Origin: Antedon mediterranea
Taxonomy: Eukaryota > Animalia > Echinodermata
DNA: 64,000 nucleotides
Direction of reading: 5' to 3'
Assembly: GCF_964355755.1 (NCBI RefSeq)
Contig: NC_092680.1
Coordinates: 124,001-188,000 of the forward strand
Shown one piece after another: positions 1 to 14,200 of the stretch. Made by a program: the position numbers and the translations under genes. Positions within the stretch are counted from its first letter, which is position 1. Each line of letters begins with the position of its first letter. A model generated the notes under the pieces. That model had not been told where the DNA came from. It saw only the letters and a program-made list of their open reading frames with translations, and made no database searches.

Positions 1-451
1 CAAAATGAGCATGCATGTATTTACAGCAGACTCATACAGTAGTAGTAGGCAGTAGCTTTGTGGTAAAAAGATATAAAATATTGATTTATATTGAATGTCC
101 TTGGTAAAGATGGCCTTTCCTAGTAAGACTGTACATAATGTTGATCATACAGTATGTACAGTGATAACTTGTTTGGTAAACAATTACTATAATAACAGTA
201 AATTGAGTGTACATAGCATTCATGATATCTGCCCACTCATTTCTTCATACAGTGTACACTCATCTTGATCATCATGCTAATTTAAAGTGTTCAAAGCTCC
301 ATTTAAATGTGATTGGTTGTATTCATGAGAAATCACAGATGCAGGGAATTAATAAAGCACAGTCACATTTTAATAAGGGTTTATCTAAAGTTCAAGGGTG
401 AATATTCTTTGGAGTTTTGGAATTAAAACTATTTGTTGAACATATTTCTAA

Positions 452-1911
452 TCTATATATAAATTTACGTAAGGGCAAAATTCGGTAAATCGCGCGTTAT
501 TTCTAGAATGTTTACTCGATGGTATATAAAGTTGGTTAGAATCTCGGTACTGATTTTAACCACCTGATGTAACCCTGTTTACTAATTAAATTGAGTTAGG
601 TAATTAGTTATTGACAATTAAAATGAATTTAGGTTCAACGATTTGCCCCAAATAGGGGTGTTTTTCGATCGTGGTATACACTGTCTAATGGATGTCCGTC
701 TTGAAAAATACCCACAGACAATAATACGAGGATGCTTCGCATTTTCCTATCTCCTCCTACGATAATTGTTTTTAATGGCTGAAAACCGGTTGAACAGCTC
801 GAGTACAGCATCATAATATTGAAGACAGGCCGATTTTCTTTAAAAAATACTATTTTGATAGATTTAATATACGTTTATACAAATGTATTGATTTGCGATG
901 AATGGAACATTCCAATCTCTGTTCCACAAGTGTCTATTCCCTCAGGCGTCGTAAAGGCAAGTACTGTATACTCATAACAGAAATTCGATCCATTTTTTTT
1001 TTTCAATCTGTGCTGCAGAGTTTGGATATAATTTTTTTTTAACGGATAATGAACTAGCGTTTTCAGTCGCCGTATATTATGTACAAATATTTATTATTGC
1101 ATTTAAACCACCCACATCATCACCCTTCCCTCACTGGCATGAGTAGCGTTGTAAAGCCAGTAGAGGATAGGCCTACGGTGCATCACATCCCCTAAACGCA
1201 GAACAACTTTGGTGGGTAGGGTAGGAACCAACTTAAGTATGAATTGGCTCTAAGAAACAATTGAAAACCATTAGGCCTACTAATAAAGTTGAGTTAGATA
1301 ATTTAATTTTTATTTGACGATTAAATCGATTTTATGATTTTTCCCGAATAGAGGTGGTTTTCACAAATTGTTTTACATTATATAAACATACACGTCGCAG
1401 TGATGTATCGTTACATGTACTGTACGATTTCAACTAGGACGGTGATAGTTTCAACTTATTTTATTTAAATATACTTAAATTATTACATAGCAATGTTTTA
1501 CTGTGTTTAGTGATATATTATTTGTAAAACATGAAAACAATTAATATTTCGTTACTAAATGGATAAAGAATATATTTAATATATTTAAAAATTGTTCCTC
1601 TCTGCACCCATCCTCTTCCCCATCCCTCACTCCTAATGTTACATACAAAACACAAATTAAGTTTGTTTAAATTTGACTTAAACAATTGTTCTCATTTTGT
1701 GACAAGTTTCTCTTTCGGAAGTAATTCTCAGGGTGCTAATTTTAGTTGAGTACATAAATCAGTGTCTATTTATTCGTTCCTGTAAACGACATGTATTATT
1801 GTACGTACATTTGAAATCGCCAGTTTTTTAACGCTGAAATTATTATGTATTCGAGAACCATCTGTGGGCACGACCTAGATGGTACGCGAGCGAAGCGGGC
1901 GTACCATCTAG
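452..1911 (+). mobile_element. Non-autonomous Helitron (~1.46 kb)
   Basis: Begins A|TCTATATAT and ends CTAG|T. A 3' hairpin CTAGATGGTACGC-gagcgaagcgg-GCGTACCATCTAG lies at 1875-1911. No TSD. The first ~46 nt recur at 35954-36003. CpG-rich relative to its flanks. Confidence 0.75.
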
Positions 1912-2264
1912 TAAATAAAATAATTATAAATATCATTATTATATACTTCTACAACTGCAAGATTAAAAAAAACACTTTTTATGTTCATTTTTCATTTACT
2001 TCTGAGCTTCAAATCGTAACATATTATAAATAAATACAGTAAGCGCCTATATTATTATGTCATTTGTGTTGTTACAGTACAAAATGTGACTTTAATCACA
2101 ATCATTTTTTTTTTCAAAAACTTTTTCACATGGTCAAGAAACATTTGGCAGAGGACATGCACTGATAATGTATGTTGTAGTAATAGATGGCAGGGAAATC
2201 CAATATTTAATCAATTTTAATGACAATTTGAAATTTCAACCATGGTTTATTTTTTTTATTATAG

Positions 2265-5200
2265 AAAAATGCAACCTGGACAGATGCCACTAAAGAGAAA
2301 AGCTGGGTAAATATATTATACAATACAGTAAACAGTTAATGTGAGAAAACAGATGTAAAATGTTTACAGTTTTGAAATAGATGGTTACATTTGTTTACTA
2401 CAGTATTGTATTTCATGTTGTGCGACTAGAGGTCTTTAATAAACATGAAGACAGTGACTAGAGATACAAGTTCCTTAGGATTATAGAGTGGTTGTATTCA
2501 GAGCTTTCATTTTTTCAATGAGGAATTAAAATAATTGTTTGAAGATGAGAAAATCGGCCAATAATTGTTTAATTATCAACATTTATCGAAAAAACTGTTA
2601 TTTGTTCATTCTGTACAATATAGTGAAAGTTTAGATTAAAAACAAAAATTTAATTGAAAACTTCTTATTACTTCAAATAATTAATATTTGCAGAGGGGAT
2701 GATGGCGATGATGATGAAGGAAGTTCTACCAAATATGCAAGGTAGTGATATATGTACTGTTATTTCATGTTTGGCTTTATGTTGTAAAAAAACATTATAG
2801 TTCTTCAATGGCAGACAGTATATTGTTGTAATAATATCATAGTTACAGCATGATATTTTTTTTACATTATCAACACCCAAAGTTGTCAACACTCACAGTA
2901 TCATCATCAAGACACTCACAACATCATCACAATACACTCACAATATCATCACAATACAGTACACTCACAGCATTATCAAGACACTCACAGCATCATCATC
3001 AAGATACTCACAGTATCATCATCACGATACTCACAGCATCATCATCACGATACTCACAGCATCATCATCAAAATACTCACAGCATCATCATCAAGATACT
3101 CACAGTATCATCATCAAGATACTCACAGCATCATCATCAAGATACTCACAGCATCATCATCAAGATACTCACAGCATCATCATCAAGATATTCACAGCAT
3201 CATCATCAAGATACTCACAGTATCATCATCAAGATACTCACAGCATCATCATCAAGATACTCACAGCATCATCATCAAGATACTCACAGCATCATCATCA
3301 AAATACTTACAGCATCATCATCAAGACACTCACAGCATCATCATCAAGATACTCACAGCATCATCATCAAGATACTCACAGCATCATCATCAAAATACTT
3401 ACAGCATCATCATCAAGATACTCACAGCATCATCATCAAGATATTCACAGCATCATCATCAAGATACTCACAGCATCATCATCACGATACTCACACCATC
3501 ATCACGACACTCACAGTCACACACAGTATCATCAGAAGATACTCACAGCATCATCACAAGATACTCGCAGCATCATCAGAAGATACTCACAGCATCATCA
3601 AGACACTCACAGTATCATCACAAGATACTGTATTCACAGCATCATCATCAAGATACTCACAACATCATCAAGATACTCACAGCATCATCATCAAGATACT
3701 CACAGCATCATCACAAGAGACTCACAGCATCATCATCAAGATACTCACAGCATCATCATCAAGATACTCACAGCATCATCAAGACACTCACAGTATCATC
3801 ACAAGATACTCACAGCATCATATCAAGATACTTACAGCATCATCACGACACTCACAGCATCATCATCAAGATACTCACAGCATCATCACAAGAGACTCAC
3901 AGCATCATCATCAAGATACTCACAGCATTATCATCAAGACACTCACAGCATCATCATCAAGATACTCACAGAATCATCATCAAGATACTCACAGCATCAT
4001 TATCAAGATACTCACACAGCATCATCATCAAGATACTCACAGCATCATCATCAAGATACTTACAGCGTCATCAAGACACTCACAGTATCATCACAAGATA
4101 CGTACAGCATCATCAAGACACTCACAGTATCATCATCAAGATACTCACAGCATCATCATCAAGATACACACAGCATCATCATCAAGATACTCACAGCATC
4201 ATCATCAAGATACTCACAGCATCATCATCAAGATACTCACAGCATCATCAAGACACTCACAGCATCATCATCAATATACTCACAGCATCATCATCAAGAT
4301 ACTCACAGCATCATCAAGACACTCACAGCATCATCATCAATATACTCACAGCATCATCATCAAGATACTCACAGCATCATCATCAAGATACTCACAGCAT
4401 CATCATCAAGATACTCGCAGCATCATCATCAAGATACTCACAGCATCATCATCAAGATACTCACAGCATCATTATCAAGACACTCACAGCATCATCATCA
4501 ATATACTCACAGCATCATCATCAAGATACTCACAGCATCATCATCAAGATACTCACAGCATCATCATCAAGATACTCACAGCATCATCATCAAGATATTC
4601 ACAGCATCATCATCAAGATACTCACAGTATCATCATCAAGATACTCACAGCATCATCATAAAGATACACACAGCATCATCATCAAGATACACACAGCATC
4701 ATCATCAAGATACACACAGCATCATCATCAAGATACTCACAGCATCATCATCAAGATACTCACAGCATCATCATCAAGATACTCACAGCATCATCATCAA
4801 AATACTCACAGCATCATCATCAAGATACTCACAGCATCATCATCAAGATACTCACAGCATCATCATCAAGATACTCACAGCATCATCATCAAGATACTCA
4901 CAGTCACAGCATCATCATCACGATACTCACACCATCATCACGACACTTATCAGAAGATACTCACAGCATCATCATCAAGATACTCACACAGCATCATCAT
5001 CAAGATACTCACAGCATCATCATCACGATACTCACACCATCATCACAACACTTATCAGAAGATACTCACAGCATCATCATCAAGATACTCACAGCATCAT
5101 CATCACGATACTCACACCATCATTACAACACTTATCACAAGATACTCACACAGCATCATCATCAAGATACTCACAGCATCATCATCCAGATACTCACAGC

Positions 5201-8200
5201 ATCATCATCAAGATACTCACAGCATCATCATCAAGACACTCACAGCATCATCATCAAGATAATCACAGCATCATCATCAAGATACTCACAGCATCATCAT
5301 CAAAATACTTACAGCATCATTGTTGTGTGTTACTGTGTAATTTGTCCAACCATTGATCACATCACATTTGCCAACTACTGTACTTTGTTTTTTATCATCA
5401 TCACCAAATAATCATTTTTGCAGAACTTGTAAAATTTATTGTTCAACATCATCAGCATTCATATTTATCAACACAAACATTGTTATATACCATAACTTTA
5501 ATTATTATTAATTGTACTCGCAACATAATAATACTCATTGTCATCATCTCCACTCTAATAAATATAATTTATCAGTTTATTATGTGCACAACAGAAATTT
5601 TAACTCAACAATTGTGTTTATGGTGATGGTATTTTGATTTAGTTGTTTATGTTGTTTTCTTAGTTTAAAATATTACTAGTTTTTTTTTCTAGTTACAGTA
5701 TTTAATACACGTGGCATTAAAAGTCTTTGAAAATCTTTATTTAAAGAATAACCTGTTTTAGAATTGTAATACTGTAACTGTTCACATTGTTGTTTACATC
5801 AGTGTCTTAGCCTCAAATAATATTATTTTTGTATAAATATACTTTATGACTTTATTAGTATGTCATGTACCGTCTCTGAAAATTTCACGGTAAAAAGGCT
5901 TTTTGTTGGTCCTTTTGTTTGAAATTCACTTTAGGTTTATGTTATTGCACTGTTATCAGTTACTGTACTAATAAAGCATGTGTATTTTACTTTTCGCAAT
6001 TGAAGAGATACATCAAACCATCCACTCTTACATTACAATGAGGTGGATAATGTGATCTATAGTATTAGTATCATATCAGCGACATTAGATCAGCCAGATC
6101 AAATGTACAAATTATATGAGATAACTCAGATTATTGTGTTTGACATGGTTTTTTTTTTCCTTTACAAATTTAATTAAGATTGGTAGTATAGTTAGTCTGA
6201 AAAATAGTAACTATAGGAAATTCCTTTAAATAAATTGTTATAATATCAGTTAATTTTTATTTTCAATATTTTTATTTAATGCTTAATTATGTGTCGACAA
6301 ATTGTGTAGTTTTTAATTTTGCAAAAACAAAACAAAATGTAAAAACTGTTCACCATTTTGACCATAATAATTTCACATTCTTGAGAACGTCTTGTAGACT
6401 GAAAATATAAATATAAATTATTCTACAGTATGTCTAATTGAAATACTGTATAAATAACTAATATATATTTTGATAATGTTACACACAGTTTAAAGATAGG
6501 GTTTTTTTTATCAATCTTTTTAAAATTCCAAGTTTCATATTTGTTAAACCTAAGAATATGAATCAAAAGTGCTTTTTATTTATAAATTCATGTTCAATAT
6601 CTCATGAAAATAAAGTTGTATTAATTTCATATTTGACCCCATCTATCAAAGTGGGTCATACATAAAGTATCTTCTTAAGTTGGGATAATCATTAAATATT
6701 TATTGCAGAGCCATTCATTTTATACAATTTTTAATAACTTTAGCTGGCTCTGTTTACAGTATATCTATATTTTTGCCAATTAAAGTCAAAACAGATGATG
6801 CATGCATTTATTTTGAATAGTATACAAACCTCCAAAAAGTGTAGCCAAGATCTCTTACCCTGTAGGAGTCTGCATATTAATTAATTAAGCCAACTATTAA
6901 ACTAATTACCAATGTATGAAAATGATTACAAATCAAAAGTAATTGCATGTTGATTTAAAAAAAAAAGTTTATTATTAAAATTAAAAGACTTAATTTTTAT
7001 CATTTTGTATAATTCAGTTAATTTATTTTTCTTTTCTAAATAATAAATAATTTGATGATGTGCATTAAAATAGTGAGACTAACTTTGAAGGAATAAGGTT
7101 GGCATGTTCCAATCCAATAATTTAGTTTTAGATCAGTTTTAGTATTAAAACTGATCCTTCCTATACTGTATGTAAAATGTACAATATTTAGTTTTAGATC
7201 AGTTTTAGTATTAACACTGATCCTTCCTATACTGTATGTAAAATGTACAATATTTAGTTTTAGATCAGTTTTAGTATTAAAACTGATCCTTCCTATACTG
7301 TATGTAAAATGTACAATATTTAGTTTTAGATCAGTTTTAGTATTAACACTGATCCTTCCTATACTGTATGTAAAATGTACAATATTTAGTTTTAGATCAG
7401 TTTTAGTATTAACACTGATCCTTCCTATACTGTATGTAAAATGTACAATATTTAGTTTTAGATCAGTTTTAGTATTAACACTGATCCTTCCTATACTGTA
7501 TGTAAAATGTACAATATTTAGTTTTAGATCAGTTTTAGTATTAACACTGATCCTTCCTATACTGTATGTAAAATGTACAATATTTAGTTTTAGATCAGTT
7601 TTAGTATTAACACTGATCCTTCCTATACTGTATGTAAAATGTACAATTTTTACAATTCACTATACTGTACTTTCCATAATAACTGATAAAAGCTAATGGT
7701 ATGACATCAAAAGAGTGCTAATATTTTATCGTATTAACGTATTGTCAACTTCATGCTAAATACTTGCTCATTAGTGAGATTTTGGAGAAGGATTGTAGAC
7801 AAATGAGATGGTAATGGTCAGCTTCCAACTCAACCTACTGTACAGTAGGCTGTTAAACCCTGCAAACGCAGGCTTAAAATTCTTGTTTTGAGTAGGATTT
7901 GCATTAGCCTGTCTAGGTTTTTCGTGAGCAAATTTTCGATGGTGGAACTAAATAACCAAGCTAAATAATAAGATTTTAGTCAATTGATTTTTGATTGGTA
8001 TTACAGTAATGGCTTGCATTATAATTTTACAAATAATATGATATGATACTAACACAAGGCATTTTAAAAGTGTAGCAATACCTGTACAGTAGTTACTGTA
8101 AAAAAAACATTTTAATATAATTTTTTGAGTTTAGTAGTAATTTGACTAATAATAATTTAAATTAGTATTTAGTAATTTTTTTGTATTTTTAAGTGTTATC

Positions 8201-11200
8201 TGTTTCTACTTTTACCAACAATTTGTTTTAACATTAATTAGAGAGTGAGAGAGAAAGCCAAGTTAGATTGAGTATTAAGAGATAGACTGGTTGAGGCTTT
8301 TGTTGTTGTGAGATATTGTGAAAACAGATATTAATTTATTCACCCTTTTACATATACCCAGGCCACCATTGAATTGAGTTTACCAGGCTGCCATAGAACT
8401 TTATTCAAAGTTTACCTGGCTGCCACAGATCCTTATTCACAGATACTGTAGATCCTTAATCACGGTTTACTTGGCTACCATGGATCCTTAATCACAGATA
8501 CTGTAGATCCTTAATCACAGTTTACCTGGCTGCCATAGATCCTTATTCACAGTTTACCAGGCTGCCATAGATCCTTATTCACAGTTTACCTGGCTGCCAT
8601 AGAACTTTATTCAAAGATTTATTAGATTGTCATAGATCCTTAATCACAGTTTACCTGGCTGCCATAGAACTTTATTCAAAGATTTATTAGATTGTCATAG
8701 ATCCTTAATCACAGTTTACCTGGCTGCCATAGAACTTTATTCAAAGATTATTAGATTGTCATAGATCCTTAATCACAGTTTACCTGGCTACCATAGAACT
8801 TTATTCAAAGATTTATTAGATTGTCATAGATCCTTAATCACAGTTTACCAGGCTGCCATAGAACTTTATTAAAAGTTTCCCTGGCTGCCATAGATCCTTA
8901 TTCACAGATTTATTAGGTTGCCATAGATCCTTATTCACAGTTTTACTTAATATGGATACATCCTCATCCACAGTTCTTCCAGGTTGAAATAGATCCTTAT
9001 TCACATTTTTACCTAATAAATAAAGATAGATCCTTATTTAAAGTTTTACCAGGCAATGATAGATCCTTATTCACAGTTTTACCTAATGGATAAATCCTTA
9101 TTCACAGTTTTACCTAATGGATAGATCCTTATGCACAGTTTTACTCAATATCGATAGATCTTTATTCACAGTTTTACCAGTTTGAAATAGATCCTTATTC
9201 ACAGTTTAACAGGCTGAGATAGATCCTTATTCTCACTTAGTATTACCAGGCAGGGATACTGTAGATCCTTATTCACAGTTTTACTTTAAATATTGATAGA
9301 TCCTCATTCACAGTTTTACCAGGTTGAGATAAATCCTTAATCACAGTTTATCAGGCTGAGATAGATCCTTATTCACACTTAGTATTACCAGGCTGCCATA
9401 GATCCTTTTTCACAGTTTTACCTAATAATAGGAATAGATCCTTTTACCGGGCAGTTTACTATTTGCATACCTTTTTTGTGAGGTGAGGAATTCAAAATTA
9501 TTTTAGCATTAACAACAATATAAAAAGGTTGGTCATTATGTAAGTTACATTTTCTCTTTTGCAGAAGTGTAGATGATGAAAGAGTTGATAAGGAACGATT
9601 TGCGAGGTAAACAAAATTACACCAAAATGGAAAAAAAAACTAAATAGCATACTTGCTACTATTGGAATAATAAAATAACCTCTCAATTCATAGTATTAAT
9701 ATATCCTCAGGCCTAATATGAATGAAAAATGCTTGCATGTATATAAGTTATAGGGCTTCTTCTAGGTTTGACTGTCTTCACAATTTTTGTTGACATTGTT
9801 TTACAAGGCAATTTTATTTTTCTAGGATTGAATTTGTGTGTGTATCTTGGCTTCCTATCGTTCCATGTGCATATTCTTTTGCATGTTTTTATGTTTACAA
9901 ATATTTACTAATTGTTTTTTGTGGGATTTTTCATTTGAATATTTTCTAACATACTTTCTGTATTTCTGTGTTCATATACTAATTCTTGAATTATGCAAAT
10001 TATATGTTACATATTCATAATTGTACTAATTTGCGTAGAGATTAGGATACAATACGTTGTTTAATTCACAGAGAGAACCATAGTGAGATTGAGAGAAGAC
10101 GTCGAAACAAAATGACTGCGTACATAACTGAACTGTCAGATATGGTTCCAACGTGCAGTGCCCTTGCCCGTAAACCTGACAAACTTACTATTCTTAGAAT
10201 GGCTGTGTCTCACATGAAGTCCCTACGAGGTGAGAACTGATTAATTAAACCAACTGGTCACAATTAATATTTTAAATATCATAAATATCTTGCTTAATTA
10301 TACTTTTAAATAATATTTTAACATTTCACTTACATTTTTATCAATCCCCATATTTTATTCTAGATATGTTAATTATTATTCTAAAAACCATTTCACACAC
10401 TAATGCAATAATAGTGTTATGTGCCCAAACATCGTTTGATAGTGCAGACTGAGCTTTGTGTCTAATTTACAGATTGATGATCTGACCTGGTACGCTCACT
10501 CTATGTGGCTGCTACCTATCAGTGAATAACAAATACACATGTGTTACAAAGCCAACAGAGTTGTTAAGTGCAAGGCTTTTAATTCATGCGTGTATGTTGT
10601 GTAATTTATTATATTCTTCAATTTTCTCTCTGCCACTTCATTTAACACAACAAGTGATCTGTAAATTGTATTACTTATAAGTAATTGAATGAGAACATCA
10701 ACTATCACATATTTCAAGGTTTTTTTTTAAAGATGAGGTTTCACACGTATAATGGAAATATCATTAACACTTTATTAATAGTATTAACCATTTGATATCA
10801 TTCATGCTTGCCTAATATTGGTGGTAGTTAGAAATAGACACTGCAGTACTTGACGCTTAAATTGAACAGAAATGAAGCATCTACTGTTAGCATTACGCTG
10901 TGTAATGTAGTATCAATTTTTAACCATATCTACAATTGAAGATATAATAATAGTTTTTTTTTAAATAAATTGATTTATTTTGAAGTACATTAGTAATTTT
11001 CATGAATCTAATTTGTTAGAAAAATATTTTTAAAAACAAAATAACCGCTTATAGGCAGCCCATGGACTTGTATTCATGTATCCTTCTCCCATAAAATTCA
11101 TAATAGTTATTATATATGATATTGTTTTTTACAGGCACTGGAAACACGAATGCTGAAGGAGCATATAAGCCATCGTTCCTCACTGATCAGGAACTCAAAC

Positions 11201-14200
11201 ACTTAATTCTAGAGGTAAACATTTTACTTAAATTAATAAATTAACAATTTCTTATGGAGTTAATATTTCATTTCAAAATATTACTTTACATTGATGTAAT
11301 ATTTGTTATATATTTGATATATTTTGATATTCAAATATACCAAAATGACTGTTCATGACAGGAAATAAAAGGCATGTATCTCCTGTCTCACTGTAGTCTT
11401 GAGTTGAACGTGTCTTTTAATTTTTAGCGTGTTGTAGGGGTCGAGGTCAACCCCTCAAAAACTTTGCAGTTATACATTAAATGGTAAAATACCATGTTAG
11501 TTATACCGTAGTTCATAGTAATTCTATTTTGCTCATGTATACTCACATGCATATGAATTAATGAGTTTAAAAGGATGTTAACAAAGGATGATATTTAATA
11601 GTTTGTTCAGTAATATTGAAATTGAGTTTGCTCTTAAAATTTGAACAAAAAAATTAGGATAAAACTATGCTACTGTAATTATTACCAAGTTATGACATCA
11701 TTAGTAGTGGTAATGTCGAGTGCTAAATTGATTAAAAGATGCACAAAAAACCACAATTATCTACTAGATTTAGTCAACATTTTCACAATATACTTTTATT
11801 TAAAGGGAGGGCAAACAATACCCTGGGGACAATTTCAACAGCAACCAGGAATCAAGATAGATAGCCAAGTAGCAATTACAATCTTTTTACACAGAATCTC
11901 TTCGATGTTATACAACACACTTCTCGTATGCGTGTTATAAACGCACCCTTAGTATACATCCAAGATGTAAAAACCTTTAAACCAGCAAAACATCAGCATT
12001 TAAAGCAATCTGCTGACAGTGTCTTTGGGCCTTGATAATTTATTGTTTTTATGTTCTTAGTAATACTAGTTCTATATTTTATTGGCCCTCATTTTCATTC
12101 CTAATCTAACTTAACTACATGTTGTCTATTGTTAGATTAGAACTGATATTGAATATTCACTAGCCCACTGGCCATATAATAAGGTTGGCTATTCAAGAGT
12201 AATTTATTTCACATTCTAAAGACTGATTATTATTGAGAGGTATATTTATACATAAATTATATATAAGGTGTTTTTACCACAGATATTTAGAGGTAATACT
12301 TTATAATGAGGAACCTTCTTGTAACAAAAGATCCTTTGTGTGAAAACTGTCACAAGACAAGTTGTATGATTTGATCACATGATCACTTAACCTTAGGATT
12401 GGAAGGAAATACTCAATAATGATTGTGTAATACTGTTTATAATAATAATAATAGTGTGATGAACCCACAAAATATGGTGATATTAATAATGTCCTAACAA
12501 ATGAAACCAAGATAGACCTTTGTCTAAATACTGCCACCAACTGTCCACCCATTTGAACATTCAAAAGAAAGAATTTGAGCTAAAAGCTTACATCAAATTA
12601 TAGACTATGATCTCCAAGCAGATGTAGACCGGTGTCTAAACTTGCGGAGACTAAGATCCTATTAATGCAATTTCTGCGTGCCACTTTACTCGATTGGCCT
12701 CCTTTATGTGTCACATTAAATTCTAGATATTCTATGAATCACAGCAATTGGAATTTTTTAGCAAGATGACAGACAACAACGCTTGTGGAAATTATGCCTT
12801 TTTCATGTTTATGACTGCCTCGTAATTGATTAACACTTATAACGAGTCCAATTAGCATTTTAAGGTTCTTTGTAGGAAATTTTCATTTCAAATTTACAGT
12901 TTTAAAATTTAATTTAGTTTTTTATTTAAATTACATGATTTCTATATCCTTCAAAGTCTTTTAATAAATTATTTTGTAAGTATCTGAATTATAAAATGAA
13001 ATATTTTTAGGATGTCTTTCCTTAATATAATACTAATTAAACAATATTCATGCTGAACGAAAATATATACTAGTTTGCTGAATCAAAAATGAACTGAATG
13101 TGGAAAATTAAAAACAGACAGAAATAAGCTTTGTACACCAGTAATAGATAAAACAATGTTTTGACCAGAGGTCTTTGTCAAGTGACCAATTTAATGTCTT
13201 AATCATTGAAATAAATCAAATGGTAATGAACTATGACAATTTAATGTGCCATTTGATGCATTCATTTTTCTTGTCACTTCACATTAAATTTGAATATAGA
13301 TTCTATTCATGATTTATATTGCTGCAGATTTAGATGGCCTTTTGACTTAATTGATTTTGTACCAGCTTGTCATGACATGGGTATTGTTAATTAACACTTT
13401 GTTTAACCAGAGCACGCTCTTTTCACCTTCTTCAGTTTTTTGTTTGACAATTATGAAATGACATGGGAATTGTTTAATAATTAACACAAACCAGAACACG
13501 CTCTTTTGACCTTCTTCAGTTTATTGTTTGACAATTATGAAATATTACTTTACTTTTAGTTGTTTGTTACAATAGTTCATTTATTGTATTCTGAAGTGGA
13601 AATCTACCTAAACTACAATCGTCAAGTTCCCAAAAAAAGCCAAATTCTTCCTGTTTCTTGTGCAGTGAAACAAAGTAGAAACTGGTATATAAATATAATC
13701 GTCATTGTTTGATAATGTTGTCCTTTTTTTATACAAAGACATCACCAAATACAACAAAATTGGATTTGTTAGGAAAAAGATACGTACGTAAAAAAAAATG
13801 TGGACGATTTTTAAAATCTGTGATTATTCTAACTATACACATTTAATACAAATTGAGCATTAATAAATAAATCTAAGTTATTTAATTGTTTCCTAATAGT
13901 TTTTCAACAAGAATACATTGTCTTCAATTATCATTAAAATCATCTGAAATAATATTTGTTTTAATGTAGAAAAATGTAACCTATTGACAGATCCTGGTGT
14001 TCGTCAACACATTTTGCCATCAACCACTATTTTATCCTTCAAATCTAATCTGAGATTAATTCACAATAATTTTATAGCAAATTTGTAATGCAAAACATTT
14101 TCTGAGAGACTGTGTATGGATACAATGTAAATAAAATTCCTTTGATGGTCATCCAACACTAGTTATTTTAGAATCTAATAAAGTATTCTAGCAGAGGTTT

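Noticed and set aside
2850-4661. 603-aa His/Ser/Ile-rich ORF (tempting as a His-rich METTL9 substrate)
   Set aside because: It is the translation of a 23-bp satellite cycling through three frames inside an ARNT intron, with no independent gene signals.
9826-9837. Possible 12-nt ARNT alternative exon at the position of the vertebrate alternative exon before the bHLH
   Set aside because: The acceptor is good and TGCATG motifs are nearby, but the only in-frame donor (GT|GTGTGT) is very weak.
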